DNA of 64,000 nucleotides from Antedon mediterranea. Its lineage: Eukaryota > Animalia > Echinodermata. Numbering within the stretch: the first letter of the stretch is position 1; every line of letters begins with the position of its first letter. Below the pieces are notes generated by a model. It did no database searches and had not been told where the DNA came from. It saw nothing but the letters and a program-made list of their open reading frames with translations. The stretch lies in assembly GCF_964355755.1 (NCBI RefSeq), contig NC_092678.1:9502422-9566421 (forward strand), read 5' to 3'. Of the stretch, positions 12,101-25,100 are shown piece by piece. The position numbers were made by a program, and so were the translations under genes.

Positions 12101-15026
12101 GTATGCCACATCAGGATTTGAATCTGAAAAATTAGCATAGATTAAATTAAAATAAAACAAACACACAAACACATTCTATAAACTACTAAACAAATAAACA
12201 TGCATGCAGTTATCTGGTGGATGATGTTAATATGAAAGTGTATGCCACATCAGGATTTGAACCCGAGACCTTCGACAAGAGTGCCGATGCTCTACCAGCT
12301 GAGCTATGATAGCATTCTATAAAAGAAATAGATTTTAGTGATTAGCATGGATTAACACATTCTATAAACTACTAAACAAAAAAAACATGCATGCAGTTAT
12401 CTGGTGGATGATGTGAGATATGAAAGTGTATGCCACGTCCGAATTTGAATCTGAAAAATTAGTATAGATTAAATTAAAAAAAACAAAAACTGAAACACAT
12501 TCTATAAACTACTAAACAAATAAACATGCATGCAGTTATCTGGTGGATGATGTTAATATGAAAGTGTATGCCACATCAGGATTTGAATCTGAAAAATTAG
12601 CATAGATTAAATTTAAAAAAAACAAACACACAAACACATTCTATAAACTACTAAACAAATAAACATGCATGCAGTTATCTGGTGGATGATGTTAATATGA
12701 AAGTGTATGCCACATCAGGATTTGAATCTGAGTGATTAGCATAGATTAAATTAAAATAAAACAAACATACAAACACATTCTATAAACTACTAAACAAATA
12801 AACATTCATGCAGTTATCTGGTGGATGATGTTAATATGAAAGTGTATGCCACATCAGGATTTGAATCTGAGTGATTAGCATAGATTAAATTAAAATAAAA
12901 CAAACACACAAACACATTCTATAAACTACTAAATAAATAAACATGCATGCAGTTATCTGGTGGATGATGTTAATATGAAAGTGTATGCCACATCAGGATT
13001 TGAATCTGAAAAATTAGCATAGATTAAATAAAAAAAAAACAAACATACAAACACATTCTATAAACTACTAAACAAATAAACATGCATGCAGTTATCTGGT
13101 GGATGATGTTAATATGAAAGTGTATGCCACATCCGAATTTGAATGTGGTGGATTTAAGCATAGATTAAAATAAAACAAACACACATTCTATTAAATACTA
13201 ACAAAATAATAAATAATTTTAAAGTGTACTGCATGTACACCTCAAAATTTGGACCTGAGACAGAGTGGTGATACTCTACGAACTCTAAAAAATAGATTTT
13301 TGTAATTAACATACATATTTAAAAAAAAAATAAACAATAAACAAACAATTATAATAGTTGGAAATACATTACTACTCTACACACTATTTCTTGGTCTGAA
13401 ATAAAACAAAAAATTTAATTTAACATTTGATTGAACATATATCTGCTAAAGTTGAAAGAATTTTAACTTACAGGGAATTTATGCTTCCTTTGCAGATGCA
13501 TGTCATACCTTGCTAGGTTTTTAGCCAAACATCCAGGCACACTGCAGGAATGTCTGGCCTTTTTTTTCCCCCTTTATCATTAGTATCTAGAAAACTTTAA
13601 ATGATACACTCATGATAACTAGATAAAACATACAAAACTGTTTATCATTTTTCAATAATCCAATCACAGTATTCAATTCACCCAAAAATAGAAACCATTG
13701 AGAATGTTTGGTTTTCAATACATTACAAGTGCAGTTTTCGGTTTCCAGTATTGGTAGAGTTAACTAGTAAAATATTCTATAAAAAAGAAACTGCAAACAA
13801 AACTAAGATAAATAAAAATATGTAATTTATTATATTTAGCTGAAGAAACTCCATGTTATACTTAACAATATGTTATTTATAATTTAGCTGGTAACCACAT
13901 GAAAAAAATTGTTCATAATGAATGAAGTACTCACCTTTTTCTAGCATCAGCAACCATGTTTTTAATTATTTCTCTATTTATTATTTTGTGGGCCTTTTCC
14001 AGATGGCTGGCAAGGTACCTGCTTATGCGGCCACACAGAATGCATGTTAACAATTTTCTGTTCTGTAGGCAATAATAAACCATGACTATTTTGAATGAAT
14101 GCTTTAAGGTCTATTCATTATCAACAACCAATATCAAAATATAAAATTTTATATTATTTGTATTCAATAAAAAAAACTATTTTAATGAAGTTAAATAATT
14201 TAAGACTTCAGTAACCACAGATGTAAACTACAACTATCTACGGTAATTAGATTTTTGATGCTAATCTACAGGGAAAATTTAATCTAGCTAAATTGATAAT
14301 AAAAAAAATGAGGAAACAAAGTTTAAGTTAATATTTTACTTCAAATTAAGTACAAAAGTATATTCAATATGCTACTTTCCCTTACAGCTTTCTTCTTTTC
14401 TATGTCCTTCCTAATAAAAACAAAATACAACACATAGGTATTAAAGGAAAAGTACTGATAAAGTAATATAATATTTCATGTTAACTGTATATAACTACCG
14501 TATTTTTATTTTTACATTATTTAATAACATAGCATTTAGGGCCTAAGTGATCCATTGGCTGTTTATTTTAATTACAGTATTAGTCAAAAAATATTATATT
14601 TACTTTTTTCCCTTCTTTTCAAAATCACTATACCTAAACAAATTAAAAAAATATTGTTATGGTTATATAGTAATAACTAAAGTTAACACAAATAAGGATG
14701 CTCAATAGTATATGTTTTGCTACATAATAAGCTCAATCTAGAAAAATAATACTGGTAAATTTTAGAAAATGATAAACTATGTTCATTCTAGAATGTCTAA
14801 ATACAAAACAGTTCATAACTTACACTCAACTACCTCCTCTTCTTTTTCCTCGTCTTCTTTCTCGCTTTCTTCTTCTTCATCTTCTTCTTCTTCCTCCTCC
14901 TCCTCCTCCTCCTCCATGTTTTCCTCTTCCTCCATTTCTTCTTCCTCGTCTTCTTTCTCATTTTCTTCCTCCTCCATGTTTTCCTCTTCCTTATTTTCTT
15001 TCTTCTCAAATTCTCCATCCTCACTT
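104..15026 (-). CDS. Intron-containing tyrosine recombinase gene, copy 1 (Crypton-like). It runs off the window start; the 5' end probably extends to ~16-17.2 kb.
   Basis: Phase-compatible GT-AG exons 7018-6964, 6589-6442, 6128-5914, 5811-5740, 1755-1583, 1328-1080, 705-544, 357-331 and 145-104 join into one frame: VGSPEY...MNNGCRTGVLANAT...VSKHKTSCKFGAA...PTNLRKAAATL SWGHC...ADHMAHTLSTQEAYYK. Upstream exons encode C2H2-like fingers (14062-13935, 13586-13472) and a Glu-rich tract (15026-14824). The N-terminal joins are not fully resolved. Confidence 0.85.
544..705 (-). CDS. YR exon with catalytic His and Tyr (ADHMAHTLSTQEAYY)
   Basis: cag|TCCTGG...AGTGGG|gtaag, 162 nt, phase 0/0. Matches the tyrosine recombinase box II pattern (MxH...YY). 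Confidence 0.85.
854..1066 (-). mobile_element. 5'-truncated LINE/SINE 3' end (L2-like tail) inserted in an intron of copy 1 only
   Basis: Absent from the homologous intron at ~58985. Flanked by an AACAAT duplication (848-853, 1067-1072). On the minus strand it ends GGCGCTATATAAATACTGTT(TAT)n. Confidence 0.7.
1080..1328 (-). CDS. YR exon with catalytic Lys (HKT) and the HxxR-equivalent NLRK
   Basis: cag|GTTTCA...ACTCTA|gtatg, 249 nt. Translates VSKHKTSCKFGAANLVI...HLFLSCTG...PINPTNLRKAAATL. Confidence 0.85.
1583..1755 (-). CDS. YR exon with first catalytic Arg (NNGCRTGVLANAT), missed by the ORF track
   Basis: 173-nt exon bounded by cag and gtgag. Translates RIKNGENMENPSKRFLRIHIMLLLAMNNGCRTGVLANATLEQYYKRTAATNGMSVMK. 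Confidence 0.85.
2050..5195 (-). repeat. tRNA-derived intronic satellite, array 1 (~138-bp and ~187-bp units)
   Basis: Tandem units CATGCATGCAGTTATCTGG...GCCACATCAGGATTTGAA. Long units contain a full tRNA-like segment. Confidence 0.9.
4098..4168 (-). pseudogene. Example tRNA-like / SINE-head unit with Pol III A and B boxes
   Basis: Minus strand reads GCTATCA TA GCTC AGCTGGTA GAGC A TCGGC ACTCTT GTCGA AGGTC TCGGG TTCAAAT CCTGA TGTGGC A. It folds as a cloverleaf, but with a 6-nt anticodon loop and a bulged acceptor stem. Confidence 0.75.
5100..11140. repeat. Intragenic tandem duplication (~4.0-kb period) of four YR exons: 5100-7160 vs 9100-11140
   Basis: Near-identical blocks. ORFs 5900-6136 and 9882-10118 match, as do 6438-6647 and 10422-10631. 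Duplicate exons are 10993-10939, 10573-10426, 10110-9896 and 9793-9722. Confidence 0.95.
7085..9185 (-). repeat. tRNA-derived intronic satellite, array 2
   Basis: Same units as 2050-5195. Confidence 0.9.
11065..13300 (-). repeat. tRNA-derived intronic satellite, array 3
   Basis: Same units as 2050-5195, degenerate at the ends. Confidence 0.9.
13472..14062 (-). CDS. Two C2H2-like zinc-finger exons of the YR gene
   Basis: 14062-13935 gives NRKLLTCILCGRISRYLASHLEKAHKII. 13586-13472 gives ...ARHSCSVPGCLAKNLARYDMHLQRKHKFP, which splices in phase 0 to VGSPEY. The direct join of the two exons meets stop codons, so copy 1 may be damaged here or the join is mis-modelled. Confidence 0.7.
14824..15026 (-). 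CDS. Glu-rich (acidic) exon
   Basis: Bounded by tag and gtaag. Reads SEDGEFEKKENKEEENMEEEE...EEVVE. The poly-S, poly-P and K/R-rich ORFs in the track are alternative frames of this tract. Confidence 0.65.
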
Positions 15027-16494
15027 CTATTAATAGTTCACAAAGTACACACAAATATTGTAGGTGTATTAAAATAAAAGTCGAAAAAAAAAACTATTTA
15101 TAGACCTACTATGAAATAATATAGAAATTATATAAGCATGTATGTTTGCACAAATTAGAATAGATGTTTGGCTTTAGGTAAATAAACAACAGTATATATC
15201 CTATTCTTCGTTAACAAAATAATTTCAAGTATTTATTTTTTAACAAAAATAAGTTTGAATTGTATGGTGTGAATAATAAAGTATAAATAATTACGTCAAA
15301 ATAAAACAAAATTGTAAATTTATGGCAAAAATGGTTTATCACAGATAACAAATCACCCGACTTAACTAACTGGTTAATTATTGAACCGATTAATATTAAA
15401 ATTTGCAAGGTAGGCTCAAATTAAACCCTAGCCATCAGCGCAAGATCAGTAATCTGGATGTCGTGGTTCATACAAACACAACAGATTTATTCTCAAAATG
15501 GATACTTACACTTTGTCAGACATGTAGTCTTCTTTGCTACTAATAATAAAATTAAACAAATATTGTTAGTTAATTTTTACTTTGAAAAACAAATACAGGC
15601 TCTAATTATTAACCTCTTTTATTTCATTAAAGCAAATAATTAAAAAAAATCATTTCAAACCCTTACTTTTTTATCATTATGAATAAAAATGAATAAAGGT
15701 TTGTTTATAACATGTCATTTTTCAAGAAGGCTGTACCAACGAAGATACAATATTGGAATTAAAAATAAAATACTTACCATCTAAATTTGTCATGGATGTA
15801 AAAATGGAGTAATTTATCAATAAATTTCTAACTATACTTACCAGTCTTCATGATTAAAAAAATCGCTTTCAGTTAATTCATCAGGTTGCTATAAAAAAAT
15901 AATGTTATTATTATTGTATATTTGTTACAAATAATTAAACTAAAGTTATCCGTAACTATTATTACATAGTGCAGTATTATTATTACTTTTCTAAGGCTTA
16001 ACCTTACTTTTATATACTGTACTTGAAAAAGTTGAATTCCATGACTAAGATAAGCTCTAGATAAATGGATTATTACATTTGTGATTCAGCCAAGGAGCAT
16101 TATCAGTACGGGACATGTCAGCTCATTTAGGAGATTAGATTAGTAATGACGTACATTTTATAAAAAGTCTGCTTTAGCGATAACATTTTATAAACTTAAA
16201 ATACCAACAACTGACAACAACCATTTGGTCCAGCATAAAATCTGGATGTTTCAGTATACAAAGCGAGTTGAATCGCTCCACCAAACCTGGAATAAATCAT
16301 CCTGGATTCAGGTAAATTTAGGTAAATGAATTGTTTACTTACGGGTGAATTACAAAAACGGTCCATTTTGAAATAATCTGTGGAACAAATGATACATTTT
16401 TTGAAGAAAAAAAAAGCACTGAAGCCAGGGGTAGCATATACTTGCTAACGAGAAGGGCCTACTGTGGTCCAACTTTTAATACCCTCTCCTTTAT

Positions 16495-16972
16495 GCTAGG
16501 CCTAGGGGCCTACTCTAACCTAGCTAGTGTGGTATGATTGATAGGCCTAGCTAGAGACTAGGCCTATACATGACATAGGCCTACACCTAACCTCCAATCT
16601 AGGCTACAGACAGATTCAGCCAACTAGGCTAGGCCTAAACTATTATTAACCTAGCCTAGGCCTAGCTAGGTAGACCAGGCTAGTAGGCCCTATAGCCTGG
16701 CCCAAGGAGGTAGGTTTAGTTCCTACCCTATCTATAATAATACTTTAATACGCAGGCCTAGCTAGGTAGGCTATGCCTCCTAGCTAGGCTAGGCCTAGCT
16801 AAGCTAGCTAGGACCTAGCCTAGCTAGGAGGGCTTATTAATTATTGTTAGGCCTCTAGCTAGCTAGCTAGGCCTAGCCCAGCTAGGCCTAGGCCTAGCCC
16901 TCTAGGGCCTAGGCTAGTAGGCCTAAGCCTAACTAGGGGCCTAGGCTAGGCCTAGAGGCCTAGGCCTAGGCC
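16495..16972. repeat. Palindromic low-complexity (TAGGCCTA/CTAG)n cluster, probably in the first intron of the YR gene
   Basis: Dense AGGCCT and CTAG palindromes just downstream (minus strand) of a putative gtaag donor at ~17123. Confidence 0.75.
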
Positions 16973-17369
16973 ACAATCATTTTATGGTGGTATTTTTTTA
17001 TTTTGGCCATTTAAAACAAAAAATCTCTGTACTTTAGTACAGGGATTAAGGCACTTGGTTATGCAATAAAAATTTATGTTAGGATAATAAAAGGTAATAA
17101 AAGTACCTAGCCTATAGCCTTACCTTTCTACAAACAGTCTGTTTTAACGATCAGATCAATAGTTACAGATGAATTTAAAAATTTAAAAAAACACCGCGTC
17201 CGGATGGGTTTATTTATAAAATTAGTGAAAGAGGCTGAATGCCAGTGATTACCTAACTGCTGAAAATTCTTCAATCGACGCGAGTGCATCTGAAATCAGC
17301 ATAATTGCACCCAAAAAACAGGTTGCATCGCGATATGCTGATCGGCCGCCGCTGATTAGCATTGAAAAG

Positions 17370-17388
17370 TTGCATTGTGCGCTCCCTC
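17370..17388 (-). other. Putative element terminus / recombination half-site (TTGCATTGTGCGCTC + CCTC)
   Basis: Inverted match to 30430-30443. Directly abuts the first satellite unit. Confidence 0.65.
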
Positions 17389-20300
17389 GCTGATCTATCT
17401 ATCTCTCTCTCGCTGATCTCTCTCTCTCGCTGATCTAACTCTCTCTCTCTGATCTATCTCTCTCTCTCGCTGATCTATCTCTCTCTTGCTGATCTATCTC
17501 TCTCTCTCTCTCGCTGATCTATCTATCTCTCTCTCGCTGATCTATCTCTCTCTCGCTGATCTATCTCTCGCGCGCTGATCTATCTATCTCTCTCGCTGAT
17601 CTATCTCTCTCGCTGATCTATCTCTCTCTCGCTGATCTATCTATCTCTCTCGCTGATCTATCTATCTCTCTCTCGCTGATCTATCTGTGTCTCGCTGATC
17701 TGTCTCTCTCTCTCTCGCTGATCTATCTATCTCTCTCTCGCTGATCTATCTCTCTCTCGCTGATCTATCTATCTCTCTAACGCTGATCTATCTATCTCTC
17801 TCTCTCGCTGATCTATCTCTCTCTCGCTGATCGATCTATCTATCTCTCTCTCGCTGATCTATCTATCTCTCTCTCGCTGATCTATCTCTGTCTCGCTGAT
17901 CTATCTATCTCACTCACGCTGATCTATCTCTCTCCCGCTGATCTATCTATCTCTCTCTCGCTGATCGATCTATCTCTCGCTGATCTATCTATCTCTCTCG
18001 CTGATCTATCTATCTCTCACTGATCTATCTGTGTCTCTCTGATCTGTCTCTCCCTCGCTGATGTATCTCTCTCTCGCTGAACTATATATCTCTCACTGAT
18101 CTATCTCTCTCTCACTGATCTATCTCTCTCTCGCTGATCTATCTCTCTCTCGCTGATCTATCTCTCTCGCTGATCTATCTATCTCTCTCTCTCTCGCTGA
18201 TCTATCTCTCTCTCGCTGATCGATCTATCTATCTCTCTCTCTCGCTGATCTATCTCTCTCTCTCGCTGATCTATCTATCTCTCTCACGCTGATCTATCTC
18301 TCTCCCGCTGATCTATCTATCTCTCTCTCGCTGATCTATCTATCTCTCTCGCCGATCTATCTCTCTCTCGCTGATCTATCTATCTCTCTCGCTGATCTAT
18401 CTCTCTCTCGCTGATCTATCTATCTCTCTCTCGCTGATCTATCTCTTTCTCGCTGATCTATATCTCTCTCGCTGATCGATCTATCTATCTCTCTCTCGCT
18501 GATCTATATATCTCTCTCTCGCTGATCTATCTCTCTCGCTGATCTATCTCTCTCTCGCTGATCTATCTATCTCTCTCTCGATGATCTATCTCTCTCGCTG
18601 ATCTATCTATCTCTCTCTCGCTGATCTATCTCTCTCTCGCTGATCTATCTCTCTCTCGTTGATCTATCTCTCTCGCTGATCTATCTATCTCTCTCTTTCG
18701 CTGATCTATCTCTCTCTCGCTGATCTATATCTCTCTCACTGATCTATCTCTCTCTCACTGATCTATCTCTCTCTCGCTGATCTATCTCTCTCTCGCTGAT
18801 CTATCTCTCTAGCTGATCTATCTATCTCTCTATCTCGCTGATCTATCTTTCTCTCGCTGATCGATCTATCTATCTCTCTCTCGCTGATCTATCTCTCTCT
18901 CTAGCTGATCTATCTATCTCTCTCGCTGATCTATCTCTCTCTCGCTGATCTATCTATCTCTCACTGATCTATCTGTGTCTCGCTGATCTGTCTTTCTCTC
19001 GCTGATGTATCTCTCTCTCGCTGAACTATATCTCTCTCACTGATCTATCTCTCTCTCGCTGATCTATCTCTCTCTCGCTGATCTATCTCTCTCTCGCTGA
19101 TCTATCTCTCTCGCTGATCTATCTATCTCTCTCTCTCGCTGATCTATCTCTCTCTCGCTGATCGATCTATCTATCTCTCTCTCTCTGATCTATCTCTCTC
19201 TCTCTCGCTGATCTATCTATCTCTCTCACGCTGATCTATCTCTCTCCCGCTGATCTATCTATATCTCTCTCGCTGATCTATCTATCTCTCTCGCGGATCT
19301 ATCTCTCCCTCTCGCTGATCTATCTATCTCTCTTGCTGATCTATCTCTCTCTCGCGGATCTATCTATCTCTCTCTCGCTGATCTATCTCTCTCTCGCTGA
19401 TCGATCTATCTATCTCTCTCTCGCAGTCTCAGGAGTGCTCGTAGTGGAAGATTGCGATCCGCGGCTGCTGACACAAACCGATATCTTTTCTCCTTTCTGC
19501 CCACAGGTATCAGGAGACATCAGCGACATTCATCCAGATGAGCACCATGAAATAATATGTAATAATATGTTCTTGTTGTGAGTTTTTAATATTGGTATTG
19601 TTGTATTGTCATGTTATTTTATATATTGTAATTATGATGTATTTGAAGACGAGCAATGTAAATTTTCTCCTTGTGGGAACGAATAAAGATTATACTTGAT
19701 ACTTGATACTTGATCTATATATCTCTCTCTCGCTGATCTATCTCTCCCTCGCTGATCTATCTCTCTCTGGCTGATCTATCTATCTCTCTCTCGATGATCT
19801 ATCTCTCTCGCTGATCTATCTATCTCTTTCTCGCTGATCTATCTCTCTCTCGCTGATCTATCTGTTTCTCGCCGATCTATCTCTCTCGCTGATCTATCTA
19901 TCTCTCTCTTTCGCTGATCTATCTCTTTCTCTCGCTGATCTATCTCTCTCTCGCTGATCTATCTCTCTCTTGCTGATCTATCTCTCTCTCCTCGATATAT
20001 CTATCTCACTCTCGCTGATCGATCTATCTCTCTCTCGCTGATCTACCTATCTCTCTCTCGCTGATCTATCTCTCTCTCTAGCTGATCTATCTATCTCTCT
20101 CTCGCTGATCTATCTCTCTCTCGATGATCTATCTCTCTCTCGCTGATCTATCTATCTCTCTCGCTGATCTATCTATCTCTCACTGATCTATCTGTGTCTG
20201 GCTGATCTGTCTCTCTCTCGCTGATGTATCTCTCTCTCGCTGAACTATATCTCTCTCACTGATCTATCTCTCTCTCTCGCTGATCTATCTCCCTCTCGCT

Positions 20301-21105
20301 GATCTATCTCTCTCTCGCTGATCTATCTCTCTCGCTGATCTATCTATCTCTCTCTCTCGCTGATCTATCTCTCTCTCGCTGATCGATCTATCTATCTCTC
20401 TCTCGCTGATCTATCTCTCTCTCTCTCGCTGATCTATCTATCTCTCTCACGCTGATCTATCTCTCTCCCGCTGATCTATCTATATCTCTCTCGCTGATCT
20501 ATCTATCTCTCTCGCGGATCTATCTCTCTCTCGGTGATCTATCTATCTCTCTCGCTGATCTATCTCTTTCTCGCTGGTCTATCTATCTCTCTCTCGCTGA
20601 TCTATCTCTCTCTCGCTGATCGATCTATCTATCTCTCTCTCGCTGATCTATATATCTCTCTCTTGCTGATCTATCTCTCTCTCTCGCTGATCTATCTCTC
20701 TCTGGCTGATCTATCTATCTCTCTCTCGATGATCTATCTCTCTCGCTGATCTATCTATCTCTCTCTCGCTGATCTATCTCTCTCTCGCTGATCTATCTCT
20801 CTCTCTCGCTGATCTATCTCTCTCGCTGATCTATCTATCTCTCTCTTTCGCTGATCTATCTCTTTCTCTCGCTGATCTATCTCTCTCGCTGATCTATCTC
20901 TCTCGCTGATCTATCTCTCTCTCGCTGATCTATCTCTCTCTCCTCGATCTATCTAATCTCACTCTCGCTGATCTATCTATCTCTCTCTCGCTGATCTACC
21001 TATCTCTCTCTCTCGCCGATCTATCTCTCTCTCGCTGATCTACCTCTCTCTCTCTCTATCTCTCGCTGATCTATCTCTCTCTCTCTCTCTCTCTCGCTGA
21101 TCTAA

Positions 21106-21136
<31 letters not shown>

Positions 21137-22069
21137 CTATCTCTCTCTCGCTGATCTATCTCTCTCTTGATGATCTATCTCTCTCTCTCTCTCGCTGATC
21201 TATCTATCTCTCTCTCGCTGATCTATCTCTCTCTCGCTGATCTATCTCTCTCTCGCTGATCTATCTATCTCTCTCACGCTGATCTATCTCTCTCTCGCTG
21301 ATCTTTCTATCTCTGTCTCGCTGATCTATCTATCTCTCTCTCGCTGATCTATCTATCTCTCTCTCGCTGATCTCTCTCTCTCTCTCGCTGATCTAACTCT
21401 CTCTCTCTGATCTATCTCTCTCTCTCGCTGATCTATCTATCTCTCTCACGCTGATCTATCTCTCTCCCGCTGATCTATCTATATCTCTCTCGCTGATCTA
21501 TCTATCTCTCTCGCGGATCTATCTCTCTCTCGCTGATCTATCTATCTCTCTCGCTGATCTATCTCTTTCTCGCTGGTCTATCTATCTCTCTCTCGCTGAT
21601 CTATCTCTCTTTCGCTGATCGATCTATCTATCTCTCTCTCGCTGATCTATATATCTCTCTCTCGCTGATCTATCTCTCTCTCTCGCTGATCTATCTCTCT
21701 CTGGCTGATCTATCTATCTCTCTCTCGATGATCTATCTCTCTCGCTGATCTATCTATCTCTCTCTCGCTGATCTATTTCTCTCTCGCTGATCTATCTCTC
21801 TCTCTCTCGCTGATCTATCTCTCTCGCTGATCTATCTATCTCTCTCTTTCGCTGATCTATCTCTTTCTCTCGCTGATCTATCTCTCTCGCTGATCTATCT
21901 CTCTCGCTGATCTATCTCTCTCTCGCTGATCTATCTCTCTCTCCTCGATCTATCTATCTCACTCTCGCTGATCTATCTATCTCTCTCTCGCTGATCTACC
22001 TATCTCTCTCTCTCGCCGATCTATCTCTCTCTCGCTGATCTACCTCTCTCTCTCTCTATCTCTTGCTGA

Positions 22070-22100
<31 letters not shown>

Positions 22101-25100
22101 GATCTATCTCTCTCTCGCTGATCTATCTCTCTCTTGATGATCTATCTCTCTCTCTCTCTCGCTGATCTATCTATCTCTCTCTCGCTGATCTGTCTCTCTC
22201 TCGCTGATCTATCTCTTTCTCGCTGATCTATCTATCTCTCTCACGCTGATCTATCTCTCTCTCGCTGATCTATCTATCTCTGTCTCGCTGATCTATCTAT
22301 CTCTCTCTCGCTGATCTATCTATCTCTCTCTCGCTGATCTCTCTCTCTCTCTCGCTGATCTAACTCTCTCTCTCTGATCTATCTCTCTCTCTCGCTGATC
22401 TATCTCTCTCTCTCTCTCTCTCTCTCGCTGATCTATCTATCTCTCTCTCGCTGATCTATCTCTCTCTCGCTGATCTATCTCTCTCGCGCTGATCTATCTA
22501 TCTCTCTCGCTGATCTATCTCTCTCTCTCGCTGATCTATCTCTCTCTCGCTGATCTATCTATCTCTCTCGCTGATCTATCTATCTCTCTCTCGCTGATCT
22601 ATCTGTGTCTCGCTGATCTGTCTCTCTCTCTTTCTCGCTGATCTATCTATCTCTCTCTCGCTGATCTATCTCTCTCTCGCTGATCTATCTATCTCTCTCA
22701 AGCTGATCTATCTCTCTCACGCTGATCTATCTATCTCTCTCTCACTAATCTATCTCTCTCTCGCTGATCTACCTATCTCTCTCTCGGTGATCTATCTCTC
22801 TCTCGCTGATCTATCTCTCTCTCTCTCTCTAGCTGATCTATCTCTCTCTCTCTAGCTGATCTATCTATCTCTCTCTCGCTGATCTATCTCTCTCTCCTCG
22901 ATCTATCTATCTCACTCTCGCTGATCTATCTATCTCTCTCTCGCTGATCTACCTATCTCTCTCTCTCGCCGATCTATCTCTCTCTCGCTGATCTACCTCT
23001 CTCTCTCTCTATCTCTTGCTGATCTATCTCTCTCTCTCTCTCTCTCTCGCTGATCTAACTCTCTCTCTCTCTCTCTCTGATCTATCTCTCTCTCGCTGAT
23101 CTATCTCTCTCTTGATGATCTATCTCTCTCTCTCTCTCGCTGATCTATCTATCTCTCTCTCGCTGATCTGTCTCTCTCTCGCTGATCTATCTCTTTCTCG
23201 CTGATCTATCTATCTCTCTCACGCTGATCTATCTCTCTCTCGCTGATCTATCTATCTCTGTCTCGCTGATCTATCTATCTCTCTCTCGCTGATCTATCTA
23301 TCTCTCTCTCGCTGATCTCTCTCTCTCTCTCGCTGATCTAACTCTCTCTCTCTGATCTATCTCTCTCTCTCGCTGATCTATCTCTCTCTCTCTCTCTCTC
23401 TCTCGCTGATCTATCTATCTCTCTCTCGCTGATCTATCTCTCTCTCGCTGATCTATCTCTCTCGCGCTGATCTATCTATCTCTCTCGCTGATCTATCTCT
23501 CTCTCTCGCTGATCTATCTCTCTCTCGCTGATCTATCTATCTCTCTCGCTGATCTATCTATCTCTCTCTCGCTGATCTATCTGTGTCTCGCTGATCTGTC
23601 TCTCTCTCTTTCTCGCTGATCTATCTATCTCTCTCTCGCTGATCTATCTCTCTCTCGCTGATCTATCTATCTCTCTCAAGCTGATCTATCTCTCTCACGC
23701 TGATCTATCTATCTCTCTCTCACTAATCTATCTCTCTCTCGCTGATCTACCTATCTCTCTCTCGGTGATCTATCTCTCTCTCGCTGATCTATCTCTCTCT
23801 CTCTCTCTAGCTGATCTATCTCTCTCTCTCTAGCTGATCTATCTATCTCTCTCACGCTGATCTATCTCTCTCCCGCTGATCTATCTATCTCTCTCTCGCT
23901 GATCTATCTATCTCTCTCGCCGATCTATCTCTCTCTCGCTGATCTATCTATCTCTCTCTCGCTGATCTATCTCTCTCTCGCTGATCGATCTATCTATCTT
24001 TCTCTCGCTGATCTATATATCTCTCTCGCTGATCTATCTCTCTCTTGATGATCTATCTCTCTCTCTCTCTCGCTGATCTATCTATCTCTCTCTCGCTGAT
24101 CTATCTCTCTCTCGCTGATCTATCTCTCTCTCGCTGATCTATCTATCTCTCTCACGCTGATCTATCTCTCTCTCGCTGATCTATCTATCTCTGTCTCGCT
24201 GATCTATCTATCTCTCTCTCGCTGATCTATCTATCTCTCTCTCGCTGATCTCTCTCTCTCTCGCTGATCTAACTCTCTCTCTCTGATCTATCTCTCTCTC
24301 TCGCTGATCTATCTCTCTTTTGCTGATCTCTCTCTCTCTCTCGCTGATCTAACTCTCTCTCTCGCTGATCTATCTTTCTCTTGATGATCTATCTCTCTCT
24401 CTCTCTCGCTGATCTATCTATCTCTCTCTCGCTGATCTATCTCTCTCTCGCTGATCTATCTCTCTCTCGCTGATCTATCTATCTCTCTCTCGCTGATCTA
24501 TCTATCTCTGTCTCGCTGATCTATCTATCTCTCTCGCTGATCTATCTATCTCTCTCTCGCTGATCTCTCTCTCTCTCTCTCTCGCTGATCTAACTCTCTC
24601 TCTGATCTATCTCTCTCTCTCGCTGATCTATCTCTCTCTTGCTGATCTATCTCTCTCTCTCTCTCTCTCGCTGATCTATCTATCTCTCTCTCGCTGATCT
24701 ATCTCTCTCTCGCTGATCTATCTCTCTCGCGCTGATCTATCTATCTCTCTCGCTGATCTATCTCTCTCTCGCTGATCTATCTCTCTCTCGCTGATCTATC
24801 TATCTCTCTCGCTGATCTATCTATCTCTCTCTCGCTGATCTATCTGTGTCTCGCTGATCTGTCTCTCTCTCTCCCGCTGATCTATCTATCTCTCTCTCGC
24901 TGATCTATCTCTCTCTCGCTGATCTATCTATCTCTCTCAAGCTGATCTATCTCTCTCACGCTGATCTATCTATCTCTCTCTCTCACTGATCTATCTCTCT
25001 CTCGCTGATCTACCTATCTCTCTCTCGGTGATCTATCTCTCTCTCGCTGATCTATCTCTCTCTCTAGCTGATCTATCTATCTCTCTCACGTTGATCTATC

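Noticed and set aside
2050-13300. Functional tRNA gene cluster
   Set aside because: The 6-nt anticodon loop, bulged acceptor stem and variable units indicate tRNA-derived repeats, not canonical tRNAs.
14769-15077. Poly-Ser, poly-Pro and Lys/Arg-rich ORFs
   Set aside because: They are shadow frames of the Glu-rich minus-strand exon.
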